The notes: generated by a model not told the origin, from the letters alone. Counted from the first letter of the stretch, positions 1 to 9,624 are shown. The stretch: DNA of 64,000 nucleotides from Burkholderiales bacterium (GCA_028379895.1 JAOEKQ010000002.1:125104-189103); one strand, 5' to 3'. Made by a program: numbers and translations.

Positions 1-2
1 CC

Positions 3-101
3 CAAGCCCTTCTAAGCGGGGCGGTATGGCCAATTAGCCTAGAGGATCAACTGAAAACAACTCGCTTAGCTATTGAAATTGAGCGTCATATTCGACAGTG
101 A
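3..101 (+). CDS. C-terminal fragment (window edge) of a probable Gfo/Idh/MocA-type or bi-domain oxidoreductase
   Basis: Manual translation QALLSGAVWPISLEDQLKTTRLAIEIERHIRQ*. It resembles the PI.LE..L..TR...E.E tail of the bi-domain oxidoreductase at 20644-22809. Confidence 0.5.
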   Translation, partial: QALLSGAVWPISLEDQLKTTRLAIEIERHIRQ

Positions 102-354
102 AGACCCGTAGATATAAGGATGGTTGGTGAGGCTTAGAGTGCTCCTACACATAAAAAAAATATTGATAATACAAGGTGTTAAATATTTTAAATTCAAATC
201 TAAATCATATGAATAAGATTGAATATTTGCTTAATTAGTGCATCCATTTAGATTTAATTAAAAGAAATTAAATAAGTCTTCAACTGGAAAATATAGAAAA
301 GCAGCACAGTTTTATTTCTTCCATAAAAGAAAACAAAAAGATAAACTCTAAAAA

Positions 355-2346
355 ATGTACTCACCAATTTTAAACCGAAAAATCGGGAGCGAAATCCTGA
401 TATCAGGCCTTATCGCTTTGTTGGTATTTTCAATTGCGTTAATATGGTGTTCAGAAAAGCGTGAAAAGGGGGCAGTTCCAAACTTTTATCAGGCCTATTA
501 CGAGCCGGCGATTCGCATGGCATGTGGTCAACCATTTGGGGTTGATACGCAAGGACCGATATCAGATGACATGCGGCTTTTTCTTAAGACTGAAATACAG
601 TCGATAACTTGCGAATCAGTATCTCCGGCTGTAAGTCTTAATTCTAAGCCGAATACTCGCGGGTGGTATCACGTTTTAGCTGCAACCGGTCTAATTTGGA
701 AAGTAACAGGTATCTCATGGCAAGTACTCGACGGTTTTTCGGCAGCAGTACTGGCAATTTCGGCTGTAATAATATTCGCCATATTTCGCTTGTTTGTTCC
801 CACCTTCATAGCTGCGCCGCTATCAATTTTATCAATAGCACCAGGCTTTGATTTTCTGTTTTGGTTCAGAGATTTAAGTAAGGCGCCTTTTATACTTGCC
901 GCTATATTTGTTGCAATGTGGTTGGCGGTTCGGGCACCATCTCAGCTAAGACTTTACTTTGCTATTTTTATTACAGGGCTATGGCTAGGAGTCGGATATG
1001 GCTTTCGCCCAGATGTGTTGATTATCCTGCCGCCGCTGATAGCGACTATTTATTTTTTCCGCCCGGTTCCGTTGGTAAATGGGTTGATGGATAGTTCAAT
1101 TGCTACGTTAATACTCCTAGTGAGCTTTTATATAGCAGCCAGTCCGGCATTGTCTGCATACGGTGCGGACACCAATGCGGCAGGTTGTACATGGCACTTT
1201 GGATTGCTTGGGATTAGTGAGCCAGTTAGTAAGCTACTCGTAATGCCAGCCCACTATTCATGGCTTACTCATTTTGACGATGGGCAAGCTTGGAGAATGG
1301 TTACATCCTACGCCCAACGTACAATGGATATGCCAAACGTTGGATATTGTACCCCGCTGTATGATCAGGCCGGAAGAGCCCTATACTTTGACATATTAAT
1401 GACATTTCCTGGTGATTTCATTACCCGTAGTTTATCAGCAGCTAAGCAGGTATTTGTAGCAGGCTTAGGGAGTCGTGGTTCTGCTTTAAGCGGTGTATGG
1501 GTTTTGTTTTTTGGGTTGTTTATAATAATTCTATTATCAAGGAGTATACGGCTAGGGTTATTTGCTCTTTTTGCTTTAGCATATATCGGCAGCTACCCTG
1601 CAATTCAGTTTAATCTTCGTCACTATTTCCATCTGGCTTTCCTGACGTGGCTGCCAGTTAGTATCTTGGGGTGGAAGCTGGCTGGGCTTGTTATGACAGA
1701 AAGAAAAAAGAATCTGTCATTAAGAGACTGGTTTGTCAAAGTGTCGTCGATGACTGAATGGGTTCGAGCTAGTTTAATCTTTCTAGGTATATGTGGATTT
1801 TTGTATTTTATTTTGGCATACGCTCGGTATGAGCAAGAAAAAAATGTTCAAAGATTATTTGAGATTTACAGCCAAGCATCTGGAGAAGAGGCTGTGTTAG
1901 CGCCGGAAGAATTTCTTGAGGATAGCGTAATTTTGAAAATTAGAATACCAAAAAATATTAAATATAAAGAAATGCTTGGCAGGCCTGACTCAAATCATTC
2001 TGCGGTTAATGGCCAAGTTCTCAGAATCGATGTCGGGGGGGCTAATTGCAGCTCGGGTATAGAGTCTATTGCAATTTCATTGAGCGGTGAAAATAGATCA
2101 TATGTATTTCCTGGATATATATATAAACCATTGGAAAAAAAATTCAATCAAGAGAAGGCCATTGTCTTTGCCCCATTGTATATGGATGAAAATGTAACTA
2201 CAGTTTCTCTAATTTCTCCGAAAAAAAATAAGGAATGTATTCGGCGCGTGTCATGGTTAAATTTAAATGAGTTGCCGTCATTGTGGGTCTTGGCGACGAT
2301 TTATCCCGATAGGAAGAGTCGTGTGCTTTATAAGAAATTAAAGTAA
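355..2346 (+). CDS. Polytopic membrane protein with large periplasmic loops; candidate GT-C fold (GtrC/ArnT-like) lipid-carrier sugar transferase
   Basis: 663 aa with many hydrophobic segments, GYGFRPD and LRHYFHL motifs and a soluble C-terminal domain. Co-located with GtrA- and GtrB-like genes. Confidence 0.5.
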   Translation: MYSPILNRKIGSEILISGLIALLVFSIALIWCSEKREKGAVPNFYQAYYEPAIRMACGQPFGVDTQGPISDDMRLFLKTEIQSITCESVSPAVSLNSKPNTRGWYHVLAATGLIWKVTGISWQVLDGFSAAVLAISAVIIFAIFRLFVPTFIAAPLSILSIAPGFDFLFWFRDLSKAPFILAAIFVAMWLAVRAPSQLRLYFAIFITGLWLGVGYGFRPDVLIILPPLIATIYFFRPVPLVNGLMDSSIATLILLVSFYIAASPALSAYGADTNAAGCTWHFGLLGISEPVSKLLVMPAHYSWLTHFDDGQAWRMVTSYAQRTMDMPNVGYCTPLYDQAGRALYFDILMTFPGDFITRSLSAAKQVFVAGLGSRGSALSGVWVLFFGLFIIILLSRSIRLGLFALFALAYIGSYPAIQFNLRHYFHLAFLTWLPVSILGWKLAGLVMTERKKNLSLRDWFVKVSSMTEWVRASLIFLGICGFLYFILAYARYEQEKNVQRLFEIYSQASGEEAVLAPEEFLEDSVILKIRIPKNIKYKEMLGRPDSNHSAVNGQVLRIDVGGANCSSGIESIAISLSGENRSYVFPGYIYKPLEKKFNQEKAIVFAPLYMDENVTTVSLISPKKNKECIRRVSWLNLNELPSLWVLATIYPDRKSRVLYKKLK

Positions 2347-2375
2347 CTGAAATTAGCTGAAGCGGTTTCCCCAAT

Positions 2376-3488
2376 ATGAAAAATATTACGTATGTAACTC
2401 AGCCATTCTTGCCGCCTTTGGAAGAATTCATACCGTATCTAGAAAAGATATGGGCTAACAAAGTTTTGACCAATGGTGGCCCCTTCCACCAGGAATTAGA
2501 GCAGGCGCTGAGCGACCATCTGGGCGTTAAACACATTGCCCTGTTTACTAATGGCACGATTGCTTTGGTGACGGCCTTGCTGGCATTGCGGGTCACCGGG
2601 GAAGTCATTACAACACCTTACTCTTTCGTGGCGACCTCACACTCTTTGTTGTGGAACGGTATCAAACCTGTGTTTGTGGACATTGATCCGAATACTTTTA
2701 ATCTGGACCCTGCGAAGCTAGAGGCGGCTATTACGCCCCAAACCACAGCCATAATGCCCGTGCACTGCTATGGTCACCCCTGTGATGTGGAGGCTATCCA
2801 AAAAATCGCCGACAACTACAACCTCAGAGTAATTTACGACGCGGCCCACGCCTTTGGCGTGCAAGATGCCGGTGGCAGCATCCTTCGGCACGGCGATTTG
2901 TCCGTGCTGAGCTTTCACGCCACCAAGGTCTTCAACACCTTTGAGGGTGGGGCCATCATTTGCCCCGATGCCAAGACCAAGCAGCGCATTGATCACCTGA
3001 AAAACTTTGGCTTTGTCGATGATGTGACTGTGGTGGCGCCAGGCATCAACGGCAAGATGAGCGAATTCAATGCGGCGTTGGGAGTGTTGCAATTGAAATA
3101 TGTGGACCAAGTTCTGGCGCGTCGAAAAGAAATTGATGGGGTCTACCGTAAGCGATTGGATGGCGTGAAGGGGATCCGCTGCCTGAACAACGCGCATGCG
3201 AAAGTTGGAAACTATTCTTATTTTCCGATCGTGATCGATGTCAATTACCCAATCAGCCGTGATGAACTTTTCAACAAGCTGAAAGACGGAGGAATCCATC
3301 CCCGTCGCTATTTTTACCCCTTGATATCAGAATTTTCGATGTACCGCGGCTTGAATTCGTCCAAAAAAGAGAATCTACCAATAGCAACAAGCTTAACGCA
3401 GCAAGTGCTTTGCCTGCCGATCTATCCGGATTTAGCGAATGAGGTGGTCGAAGAGATTTGTCGGTTCATTGCGGCTCAAGGATTTTAA
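2376..3488 (+). CDS. vioA: DegT/DnrJ/EryC1/StrS aminotransferase, dTDP-4-amino-4,6-dideoxy-D-glucose (viosamine) transaminase type
   Basis: YVTQPFLPPLEEF start, YDAAHAFG, SFHATKVFNTFEGG (PLP Lys), PGINGKMSE and RRYFYP motifs. Confidence 0.88.
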   Translation: MKNITYVTQPFLPPLEEFIPYLEKIWANKVLTNGGPFHQELEQALSDHLGVKHIALFTNGTIALVTALLALRVTGEVITTPYSFVATSHSLLWNGIKPVFVDIDPNTFNLDPAKLEAAITPQTTAIMPVHCYGHPCDVEAIQKIADNYNLRVIYDAAHAFGVQDAGGSILRHGDLSVLSFHATKVFNTFEGGAIICPDAKTKQRIDHLKNFGFVDDVTVVAPGINGKMSEFNAALGVLQLKYVDQVLARRKEIDGVYRKRLDGVKGIRCLNNAHAKVGNYSYFPIVIDVNYPISRDELFNKLKDGGIHPRRYFYPLISEFSMYRGLNSSKKENLPIATSLTQQVLCLPIYPDLANEVVEEICRFIAAQGF

Positions 3489-4204
3489 TGATGAGGCTTG
3501 GCATCATGCAGCCTTATTTTTTGCCCTATATCGGTTATTTTCAACTGATAGCTTCAGTTGATCAGTTCATCGTGTACGACAACATCAAGTACACCAAAAA
3601 GGGCTGGATCAACCGCAACCGCTGGCTGCAAAACGGCACGGGCGCTACTTTTAGTCTGCCCCTAGTCAAGGACTCTGATTTTCTAAATATTGACCAGCGC
3701 AGCGTATCGGCAGATTTTGAGATTGACACGTTTTTAAGCCAATTACGCGGCAACTACGTTAAGGCCCCTTTCTTTGCGAGCACTTACGCGCTGGTCGAAC
3801 AAGTGCTCCCTGGTGAAAATCGCAATTTATTTGACGTGCTGCTGCACTCATTGCACACCTTGTGTCGGCACTTGGATATCAGCACTGAGATCAATGTATC
3901 GTCTGCTCTGGACGCAGACCACACACTCAAAGGGCAAGATCGTGTTCTGGATTTGTGTCTCACAAAGCAAGGAACGACCTATATCAACAGTATTGGTGGC
4001 GCCGAACTTTATTCGGCGCACGATTTTGCCGGCGCCGGGCTAAACCTGCGCTTTCTTCGATCCCAGCCTCTGGCGTATAAGCAGTTCGGTGCACCTTTTG
4101 TGCCTTGGCTGTCTATCGTCGATGTGCTGATGTTCAACCCGGTAGAAACTGTACGTGGGTATCTCTCAGCCTATGAATTAATAGATGGCACGCAATATGC
4201 CTGA
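3488..4204 (+). CDS. wbqC: WbqC family protein (putative glycyl/aminoacyl transferase)
   Basis: IMQPYFLPYIGYFQLI, GWINRNR, YKQF..PFVPWLSIVDVLMFN. ATG at 3488 overlaps the vioA stop. Confidence 0.9.
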   Translation: MMRLGIMQPYFLPYIGYFQLIASVDQFIVYDNIKYTKKGWINRNRWLQNGTGATFSLPLVKDSDFLNIDQRSVSADFEIDTFLSQLRGNYVKAPFFASTYALVEQVLPGENRNLFDVLLHSLHTLCRHLDISTEINVSSALDADHTLKGQDRVLDLCLTKQGTTYINSIGGAELYSAHDFAGAGLNLRFLRSQPLAYKQFGAPFVPWLSIVDVLMFNPVETVRGYLSAYELIDGTQYA

Positions 4205-5153
4205 GTGCACTTCACCAGCGATTGGCGGCTACTTTGCCCTGGAATTGCCGCGTGGCCGGGCATGGCATGCAGGTGCAGTAGCTCTGAACTCGGGACGCAA
4301 CGCGCTGCGCTACCTGCTCGCATCCAAACGCCCACGCAGAATTTACATTCCGCACTTCACTTGTGCTGCCATCAGAGACGTAGTTGGCTCTATGGGCATT
4401 GGCATATCGCAATACCGCATTGACGAAGCTATGGAGCCGCTGTTTGACTTCAGCGCAGTGGCGGCTGACGAGGCCTTTTTGTACACTAATTACTTTGGTC
4501 TGAAGGACCACTACACTCGCGGCCTTGCCGCTTTGGGGTGTCGCATCATCGTCGACAACGCACAGTCCTTTTTCAGCCCGCATAGTAGGGACATGGAGTA
4601 CTTTTACTCGCCACGCAAATTTTTTGGCGTGCCAGATGGTGGTTACGCCTACGGCCCTTCATCGCTTGAGCTGGAGAGTGACTACTCCAGCAGGCGCGCT
4701 GCGCACCTGCTGACACGTCACGACGTATCGGCCCAGGCAGGCTATGTCAGCTACCAAACCAATGAAGCGCTGATAGGCGAATTGCCTATGCGCGCCATGT
4801 CTGCATTGAGCGCGCGAATTCTGGACTCTGTTGACTATGCGGCGGCAGCGAAACAGCGACAACAAAACTTTCAGTTTTTGCATGCTGCATTGGGCGGCTT
4901 CAACGCCTTGCCTATCTGCAACGATAAAGAGCGGGTCGCGCTGAGCTACCCGATGCTGTGCAACGATACGGATTTGAGGGGGCGGCTGCATGCGCACAAC
5001 ATACATACAGCCACTTACTGGCCCGATGAGGCCCAAGGTGCGGATGCTGCAAGCGTGGAACACCGTTACATAACACAACTGGTTCACCTGCCCATCGACC
5101 AGCGGTATGGTATGGCCGAGATGGAAAGCATTCTTTCAGTGGTGCTGGCATGA
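4185..5153 (+). CDS. Divergent PLP-dependent DegT-fold protein
   Basis: IGGYFALE, NSGRNAL, NYFG, VDNAQSF, YSPRKFFGVPDGG (Lys retained), HLPIDQRY. Confidence 0.75.
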   Translation: MARNMPECTSPAIGGYFALELPRGRAWHAGAVALNSGRNALRYLLASKRPRRIYIPHFTCAAIRDVVGSMGIGISQYRIDEAMEPLFDFSAVAADEAFLYTNYFGLKDHYTRGLAALGCRIIVDNAQSFFSPHSRDMEYFYSPRKFFGVPDGGYAYGPSSLELESDYSSRRAAHLLTRHDVSAQAGYVSYQTNEALIGELPMRAMSALSARILDSVDYAAAAKQRQQNFQFLHAALGGFNALPICNDKERVALSYPMLCNDTDLRGRLHAHNIHTATYWPDEAQGADAASVEHRYITQLVHLPIDQRYGMAEMESILSVVLA

Positions 5154-5641
5154 ATCCCAAGGGGAAGACAATCGTCCGCTTGCGCCCCTTGCAAGAGAGC
5201 GATGCAGGCACGTCATTTCTTTGGCGCAACAACTCAGATGTCTGGCACTACACTGGCGTGCGCCCCGACACCGTCGTTACTGAAGCCATGGAGTACGACT
5301 GGATTCGCAAAGCCCTGAGCAGACCCGACGAAAAGCGCTTCGCCATTTGCGTGGGTGCGCAAGAAATCTATGTGGGCAATGTGCAGCTCACGGGCATTAA
5401 CTCCATCGATGCTGAGTTTCATATTTTCATTGGTGACACTCTCGTGCACGGCCAAGGCATTGGCACGCTTGCCACACAACACTTATTGGACTACGCACGG
5501 AACACGCTGGGCCTGCAAGAGGTGCATTTGAGCGTGCATCCTGACAACACTGCAGCCATCCGTGCTTACGAAAAATGTGGCTTTAAGCGCGCCGCATCCG
5601 ACGGAGCCCGTCTTGTGTTTCTCAGAAAGCTGTCTCCTTGA
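5150..5641 (+). CDS. GNAT (RimJ/RimL-like) N-acetyltransferase
   Basis: LRPL, HGQGIG acetyl-CoA loop, NTAAIRAYEKCGF. Confidence 0.88.
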   Translation: MNPKGKTIVRLRPLQESDAGTSFLWRNNSDVWHYTGVRPDTVVTEAMEYDWIRKALSRPDEKRFAICVGAQEIYVGNVQLTGINSIDAEFHIFIGDTLVHGQGIGTLATQHLLDYARNTLGLQEVHLSVHPDNTAAIRAYEKCGFKRAASDGARLVFLRKLSP

Positions 5642-6420
5642 CAAACCAGGCCATCGAACTCAAAGACCGCGGCTTCACGCTGTTTCGCCAGGTTTTTGAT
5701 ACGGGTTATGTGGATGCATTATCCGCTGCCATGGACCGTAGTTACGACGTGTGCCGCACGGTGCAAGTTGCCAACGGTGTTCAGGAGATCACCGATGGCA
5801 CCGTGCACCATTTGCTGGCCACAGGTGATCCGATTTATGTAGACCTGCTGGAGAAAATTTGCAGCAACGCCATGAAATGGTTCATTCAATCGTTCTTCCA
5901 GGGCAAATACATTTTGAACAGCTATGGCGGCGTGATCAATCTCACGGCCAAGCCAAGCTATGTGGCCAACATTCACCGCGACACCCGTTTCTTTACCGGT
6001 GACTTCCCCTTAATGCTCAACATGCTCATCATGCTGGATGACTTCACACTGGAAAACGGTGCCACCTATCTGCTGGAGGGGTCTCATCACGTCGAAGCCA
6101 AGCCCGACAATAATCACTTTTACGCGCAGTCCGCGCGGGCAACCGGCAAGCGGGGTGACATCTTGTTTTTCAACTCCAACATGTGGCATGCCGCAGGCGT
6201 AAATACCACGCAGAACAAGCGCAGGGCGTTCACGATCACTTTTACCAAACCGTTCATGAAGCAGCAGCTCGATTACTCCAGAAGCCTGGGCTACGATAAG
6301 GTGGCCACCATGCACGATGATGTACAGCAAATCGTAGGTTACTTTTCCCGTATGCCCACCAATCTACAAGAGTGGTATCAAAAGCCTGAAAACCGTTTTT
6401 ACAGACCAGGCCAAGACTAA
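5638..6420 (+). CDS. Phytanoyl-CoA dioxygenase (PhyH) family Fe(II)/2-oxoglutarate oxygenase
   Basis: HRD facial-triad motif, LDDFTLENGAT..GSH, WHAAG.N and a distal Arg. TTG start. Confidence 0.85.
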   Translation: MTNQAIELKDRGFTLFRQVFDTGYVDALSAAMDRSYDVCRTVQVANGVQEITDGTVHHLLATGDPIYVDLLEKICSNAMKWFIQSFFQGKYILNSYGGVINLTAKPSYVANIHRDTRFFTGDFPLMLNMLIMLDDFTLENGATYLLEGSHHVEAKPDNNHFYAQSARATGKRGDILFFNSNMWHAAGVNTTQNKRRAFTITFTKPFMKQQLDYSRSLGYDKVATMHDDVQQIVGYFSRMPTNLQEWYQKPENRFYRPGQD

Positions 6421-6438
6421 ACAGCAAAGGAAAAACTC

Positions 6439-7188
6439 ATGCAAAACAAGCGCAATTACAACCAAGAAATCAGCGATACCGCTGACCACCAATACTCCTA
6501 CGATTTTGACTTCGGTGTCATGCACCACTACATGATCAAATCGTTTGAGCCCTTTCTTAAAAAGGGTAGCTTGTTGGAGTTAGGTAGTTTCAAGGGCGAT
6601 TTCACGCAGCGGTTTTTACAGATATTTGATGACGTGACCTGCGTTGAAGCCTCGGCGGATGCGCTGGGCGAAGCCCGAAAAAAACACGGTGACAAGGTGC
6701 AATACGTCAACGCACTTTTTGAGAAAGCAACCCTTCCTAAGCGCTACGATAACATCGTCTTAACTCATGTGTTGGAACACCTGGACGATCCTGTCTTAGT
6801 GTTGAAACGCATCAACGACGAGTGGTTAGCGGAGGGCGGCCGCTTCTATCTGGTTTGCCCGAACGCCAATGCACCATCGCGCCAGATCGCCGTGAAGATG
6901 GGATTAATATCCCATAACGCTGCAGTCACTCCGGCGGAAGCAGAACACGGTCATCGCTGCACGTACACCTTGGACACTTTGGAGCGCGATGCCGTTGCTG
7001 CGGGTTTGAAAGTGGTACATCGATCCGGTATTTTCTTTAAGGCGCTGGCCAACTATCAGTGGGATCGCCTGCTACAGACAGATATCATCTCCAACGAATA
7101 TCTAGAAGGCTGTTATAAGCTTGGCCAACAGTACCCCGGTTTGTGCTCTAGTATTTTTCTTATGTGTGAAAGGGGTGAGGAAAAATGA
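6439..7188 (+). CDS. Class I SAM-dependent methyltransferase
   Basis: LLELGSFKG motif I, HVLEHLDDP, CPNA. Confidence 0.88.
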   Translation: MQNKRNYNQEISDTADHQYSYDFDFGVMHHYMIKSFEPFLKKGSLLELGSFKGDFTQRFLQIFDDVTCVEASADALGEARKKHGDKVQYVNALFEKATLPKRYDNIVLTHVLEHLDDPVLVLKRINDEWLAEGGRFYLVCPNANAPSRQIAVKMGLISHNAAVTPAEAEHGHRCTYTLDTLERDAVAAGLKVVHRSGIFFKALANYQWDRLLQTDIISNEYLEGCYKLGQQYPGLCSSIFLMCERGEEK

Positions 7189-8105
7189 AAATATCATTTA
7201 CTATCGCCGTTTATCAGAATGAGGGTGCAATTTCTCAGACATACGAAAAAATTAGCACGCTATTTAAATCACACCTTACAGATTATGAGTATGAGATAAT
7301 TTTTGTAGATGATGGTTCTAGTGATGGCTCACTAAACGAAGCGCTAAGTCTCAGGAAACATGATTCAAATGTAAAGGTCATTACCTTCACGCGTAACTTC
7401 GGGCAGATGGCAGCAATGTTAGCAGGTTTCAAGGAAGCCACAGGTGACGCAGTCATCAATATCTCTGCCGATTTACAGGACCCGACGGAGCTAATTCCAC
7501 AGATGGTGGAAAAATGGAATACAGGTTCGGAAATCGTGATCTGCCATAGGACAGACCGTGAGGACGCGTTTCCTGCAAAATTATTCTCACGCTTGGCTTA
7601 TGCCGTACTTCGCATGTCTCACCCACAAATTCCTCCAGGAGGCTTCGATTTCGTGCTGATGGACAGAAAAGTCATGGATGCTTTTAATGACATTGACGTA
7701 CGGCATCGATATTTTCAGGGTGATTTGTTGTGGACGGGATATCGTACGAGCTTTCTTCCATATGTTCGCGTGAAAAGAACAATCGGTAAATCGCAATACA
7801 CTTTTGGAAAAAAATTGAAGAACTTCTTAGACGCGGTATTGGATGCCTCCTATCTGCCGATAAGGTTTATCTCATTGCTTGGATTGGCAACTTCTGTATG
7901 TGGTGTCTTGTACAGCATATCCATTGTGTTCAGTTGGTTTCGCGGAGAAACTCCGTTTGCTGGATGGGCGCCGATTATGATCGCAGTACTCTTGGTCGGT
8001 GGACTGATCATGGTTATGCTGGGCGTGATCGGAGAGTATGTTTGGCGGATCAATGAGGAAGTGCGCAAGAAGCCAAACTATATTGTTAGAGATAAATTCT
8101 TATGA
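7185..8105 (+). CDS. GT2 polyprenol-phosphate glycosyltransferase (GtrB/ArnC-like)
   Basis: FVDDGSSDGS, RNFGQ.AA, ADLQDP, two C-terminal TM helices, LGVIGEYVWRI.EEV..KPNYIV. Confidence 0.9.
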   Translation: MKISFTIAVYQNEGAISQTYEKISTLFKSHLTDYEYEIIFVDDGSSDGSLNEALSLRKHDSNVKVITFTRNFGQMAAMLAGFKEATGDAVINISADLQDPTELIPQMVEKWNTGSEIVICHRTDREDAFPAKLFSRLAYAVLRMSHPQIPPGGFDFVLMDRKVMDAFNDIDVRHRYFQGDLLWTGYRTSFLPYVRVKRTIGKSQYTFGKKLKNFLDAVLDASYLPIRFISLLGLATSVCGVLYSISIVFSWFRGETPFAGWAPIMIAVLLVGGLIMVMLGVIGEYVWRINEEVRKKPNYIVRDKFL

Positions 8106-8932
8106 GCAAAAACCTAAAGTACACAATGGTTAATGGGATTAAATGCTTCAGCCCTGAAGTGGCTAGCGATTATTCGGATTATCCTGATAGTGGATTCGAT
8201 CTAACAGCAAAGAACGCCGATAGCAGCTTTTGGGTTAGCTCAAGGAACAGGCTCTTTAAGAGTTTAGTTTTGCGCCATCTATTGCCGGCAGGTAAGACCA
8301 GATTTTTGGAAATAGGTTGTAATACAGGAGATTTTATCCAGAAAATTGTCGAGAATGAAAATTTGGAGATTACTGGATCGGAGATCTACCTAAAAGGACT
8401 TCAGTACGCTAAGAATAATCTCCCTGATGTTGATTTTATACAATTCGATGTTACGCAAGGGAGAGTCGACGATGAGTTCGATCTGATCGCCGCGTTCGAT
8501 GTCATTGAGCATATTGAAAATGACAGCGCAGCACTATCAAATATCAATCAAATGTTAAGTAAGAATGGAACGCTTATACTTAGCGTCCCGCAGCATATGT
8601 TTTTGTGGAGTAAGTTGGATGAAATCGTTAAACATAAGCGCAGATATACCAGAAAGGAATTAATGGGAAAGCTCAAAGAAAATTCTTTTGATATCAGTTA
8701 TACAACCTCGTTTGTTTTTTCTCTATTCCCGTTGATGTTACTTTACAGAATGTTTGACAAGGGGCCTGACGACTTAAAATCTAATAAAGATGCGCTTGAA
8801 AAAAGAGTCAAATTTTCTAATTTATTGAATTGGTTCTTTGATTTGGTTATGCGAATAGATGAGGCTCTTATTAAATTGGGTCTGTCGCTTCCATTTGGCG
8901 GCACGTTGGTAGTAGTGGCTAGAAAGCGGTAA
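8102..8932 (+). CDS. Class I SAM-dependent methyltransferase
   Basis: FLEIGCNTG, FDVIEHIE.D, SVP.H.FLWS.LDE...HKRRY. Confidence 0.88.
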   Translation: MSKNLKYTMVNGIKCFSPEVASDYSDYPDSGFDLTAKNADSSFWVSSRNRLFKSLVLRHLLPAGKTRFLEIGCNTGDFIQKIVENENLEITGSEIYLKGLQYAKNNLPDVDFIQFDVTQGRVDDEFDLIAAFDVIEHIENDSAALSNINQMLSKNGTLILSVPQHMFLWSKLDEIVKHKRRYTRKELMGKLKENSFDISYTTSFVFSLFPLMLLYRMFDKGPDDLKSNKDALEKRVKFSNLLNWFFDLVMRIDEALIKLGLSLPFGGTLVVVARKR

Positions 8933-9384
8933 TGGTTTTTTCTAATAAATTTTTAAAAAAATTTACAAATATTATCCCCAGAGCAGCATGTAAATATAAA
9001 ATCGAATCTTTCAAATTCGCATTTATTGGCGTTGTAAATTTCGCCCTTACCTTAATGATTTTCACCACAATGCTGAAAGTGTTTGGAGTGAATTATTTGC
9101 TTTCACTTCTGGCTGCGTGGGTAGTTGGTATGTTTTTTTCGTATGTATTGAATTTTGTTTGGGTGTTCAAACCAGAGAAAAAAATTCAGTTTAGGGCGCG
9201 ATTCTTCAAATTCTTTCTGACTAGTGCGTCGTCAATATCAATGAATATGTTCGTTTTGAATTATATTGTTGAGCGCGCCAAATCTGATCCTTTCTATGTG
9301 CAGATGATATTGATTCCTTTTGTTGTTATGTTTAATTTTTTGGCAGCGAAATTTTGGTCATTGAAAGGTGATGAACATTCATAA
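8932..9384 (+). CDS. GtrA family flippase for lipid-linked sugar
   Basis: About 4 TM helices, KFAFIGVVN, SYVLNFVWVF, FNFLAAKFW pattern. Confidence 0.85.
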   Translation: MVFSNKFLKKFTNIIPRAACKYKIESFKFAFIGVVNFALTLMIFTTMLKVFGVNYLLSLLAAWVVGMFFSYVLNFVWVFKPEKKIQFRARFFKFFLTSASSISMNMFVLNYIVERAKSDPFYVQMILIPFVVMFNFLAAKFWSLKGDEHS

Positions 9385-9493
9385 TGTAGCGTTCATATTT
9401 AAACGGCATGGGATGACTGCTGGATTGCCAATGAGGCCTAAAAAAGAGGGTTCCGTTTAGTCGAGCGGCATTCGGCGGGGGAGACTCCTTAGC

Positions 9494-9562
9494 ATGACAT
9501 TTCCGGATCTTGTAGTCTTCATTCCGGTTTATAAAGCAGAGGAATTTCTTAAGGAGATTTGA
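9494..9562 (+). pseudogene. Truncated 5' stub of a GT2 glycosyltransferase
   Basis: ATG 9494 with an upstream GGAG encodes MTFPDLVVFIPVYKAEEFLKEI*, the typical GT2 start (V.IPVYN.E.YL), which stops after 22 codons. Confidence 0.6.
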
Positions 9563-9624
9563 GGCTCTTGATCTTCTAAAGTCTAACTTGTTTGCTTTGT
9601 TTTTGGTATTAAATAGGAAAAATT

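Noticed and set aside
14-30. AAGCGGGGCGGTATGG resembling an ops/JUMPStart element
   Set aside because: It mismatches the GGCGGTAG core and lies within a coding frame (SGAVW).
102-354. Very AT-rich spacer as a possible CRISPR leader, origin or ncRNA
   Set aside because: No repeats, DnaA-box cluster or stable structure is visible. It is most likely the promoter region of an imported module.
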